A stretch of 64,000 nucleotides of DNA, taken from positions 817 through 64,816 of the forward strand of contig DBOL01000025.1 in assembly GCA_002299555.1 (NCBI GenBank), in the 5' to 3' direction. Source of the stretch: Candidatus Aminicenantes bacterium UBA647 (lineage in GTDB: Bacteria > Acidobacteriota > Aminicenantia > UBA2199). The position numbers and the translations under genes were made by a program. The notes under the pieces were generated by a model. That model saw only the letters and a program-made list of their open reading frames with translations. It made no database searches and was not told where the DNA came from. This document shows, piece by piece, positions 63,798 through 64,000 of the stretch (position 1 is the stretch's first letter; each line of letters begins with the position of its first letter).

Positions 63798-64000
63798 TTG
63801 CCCGAAAAAAAGACCCCCACAATCCTGGTCATCGATGACGAAAAAAGTGTACTCGATTCCTTCAGGCTGATCATGGAAAAGGAGGGGCTGATTGTATTTA
63901 CATCTGAAGATTCTGAAAATGCATTGTCCATTTTAAAAACCTTCACTATTAATGTAGTACTCCTTGACCTGAAGCTGGGGAAAGAGGATGGCCTTGCAGT
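63798..64000 (+). CDS. Response regulator, receiver domain (3' end beyond the window)
   Basis: The frame is open to the window end. Receiver motifs include TILVIDDEKSVLDSF and VVLLDLKLGKEDGL (phospho-acceptor Asp context). The start is TTG, 11 nt after AAAGGAG. It is not in the ORF track because it has no stop. Confidence 0.65.
   Translation, partial: MPEKKTPTILVIDDEKSVLDSFRLIMEKEGLIVFTSEDSENALSILKTFTINVVLLDLKLGKEDGLA

Noticed and set aside
63355-63822. 155 aa minus-strand ORF
   Set aside because: It is antisense to the signal-peptide OB-like protein (63047-63793). It has no signal sequence or motifs. The plus-strand gene has a Shine-Dalgarno sequence and a coherent domain pattern.
1-64000. 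CRISPR arrays, IS elements, integrases, phage genes, toxin-antitoxin pairs and restriction or other defence systems
   Set aside because: I found no direct-repeat/spacer periodicity, terminal inverted repeats, or transposase, integrase or nuclease motifs while reading the ORFs and intergenic regions. The three tRNA genes show no adjacent integrase or duplicated 3' ends suggestive of island insertion.

Overview
This is a gene-dense, AT-rich (judged by eye, not computed) chromosomal segment from a diderm bacterium. The diderm call rests on lpxC, lpxD, outer-membrane barrels and many lipoproteins. I cannot assign the lineage from sequence alone. About 60 CDS and 3 tRNAs are supportable. I saw no rRNA, CRISPR array, transposase, integrase or phage genes. 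Housekeeping content: the end of an nqr operon (nqrF, apbE, a possible nqrM-like micro-ORF); purL, purB and pyrE; rpsU with tRNA-Pro and tRNA-Arg; rarA; an HrpA/B-type helicase; htpX; lpxD; a YgiQ radical-SAM protein; asparaginase; two MIO-type ammonia-lyase paralogs next to an acyl-CoA dehydrogenase and a FAD oxidoreductase; and several glycosyltransferase, MBOAT and surface-polysaccharide genes. The main point of interest is a ~14 kb minus-strand island (48556-62905). It has six multiheme c-type cytochromes (53 canonical CXXCH motifs by my manual count, plus 3 variant motifs), two large candidate outer-membrane beta-barrels, two NHL-repeat beta-propellers and a thioredoxin-like/TPR protein. 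The island reads as two adjacent porin-cytochrome-type electron conduits. One is Mtr-like (decaheme, barrel, decaheme lipoprotein) and sits behind a candidate sigma-54 promoter with two TGT-N10-ACA upstream sites. The other is an Ext-like operon, translationally coupled and containing the NHL propellers; I could not match it to a characterised system. Other notable items are a receiver-domain::LpxC fusion, a Ser/Thr kinase carrying about 22-24 tandem 13-residue repeats, and a palindrome-rich 640 bp non-coding gap. Several real starts appear to be TTG or GTG, and several ORF-track starts are over-extended; I give corrected starts where a Shine-Dalgarno sequence or signal peptide supports them. 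All functional calls come from motif recognition by eye. No database search was run.
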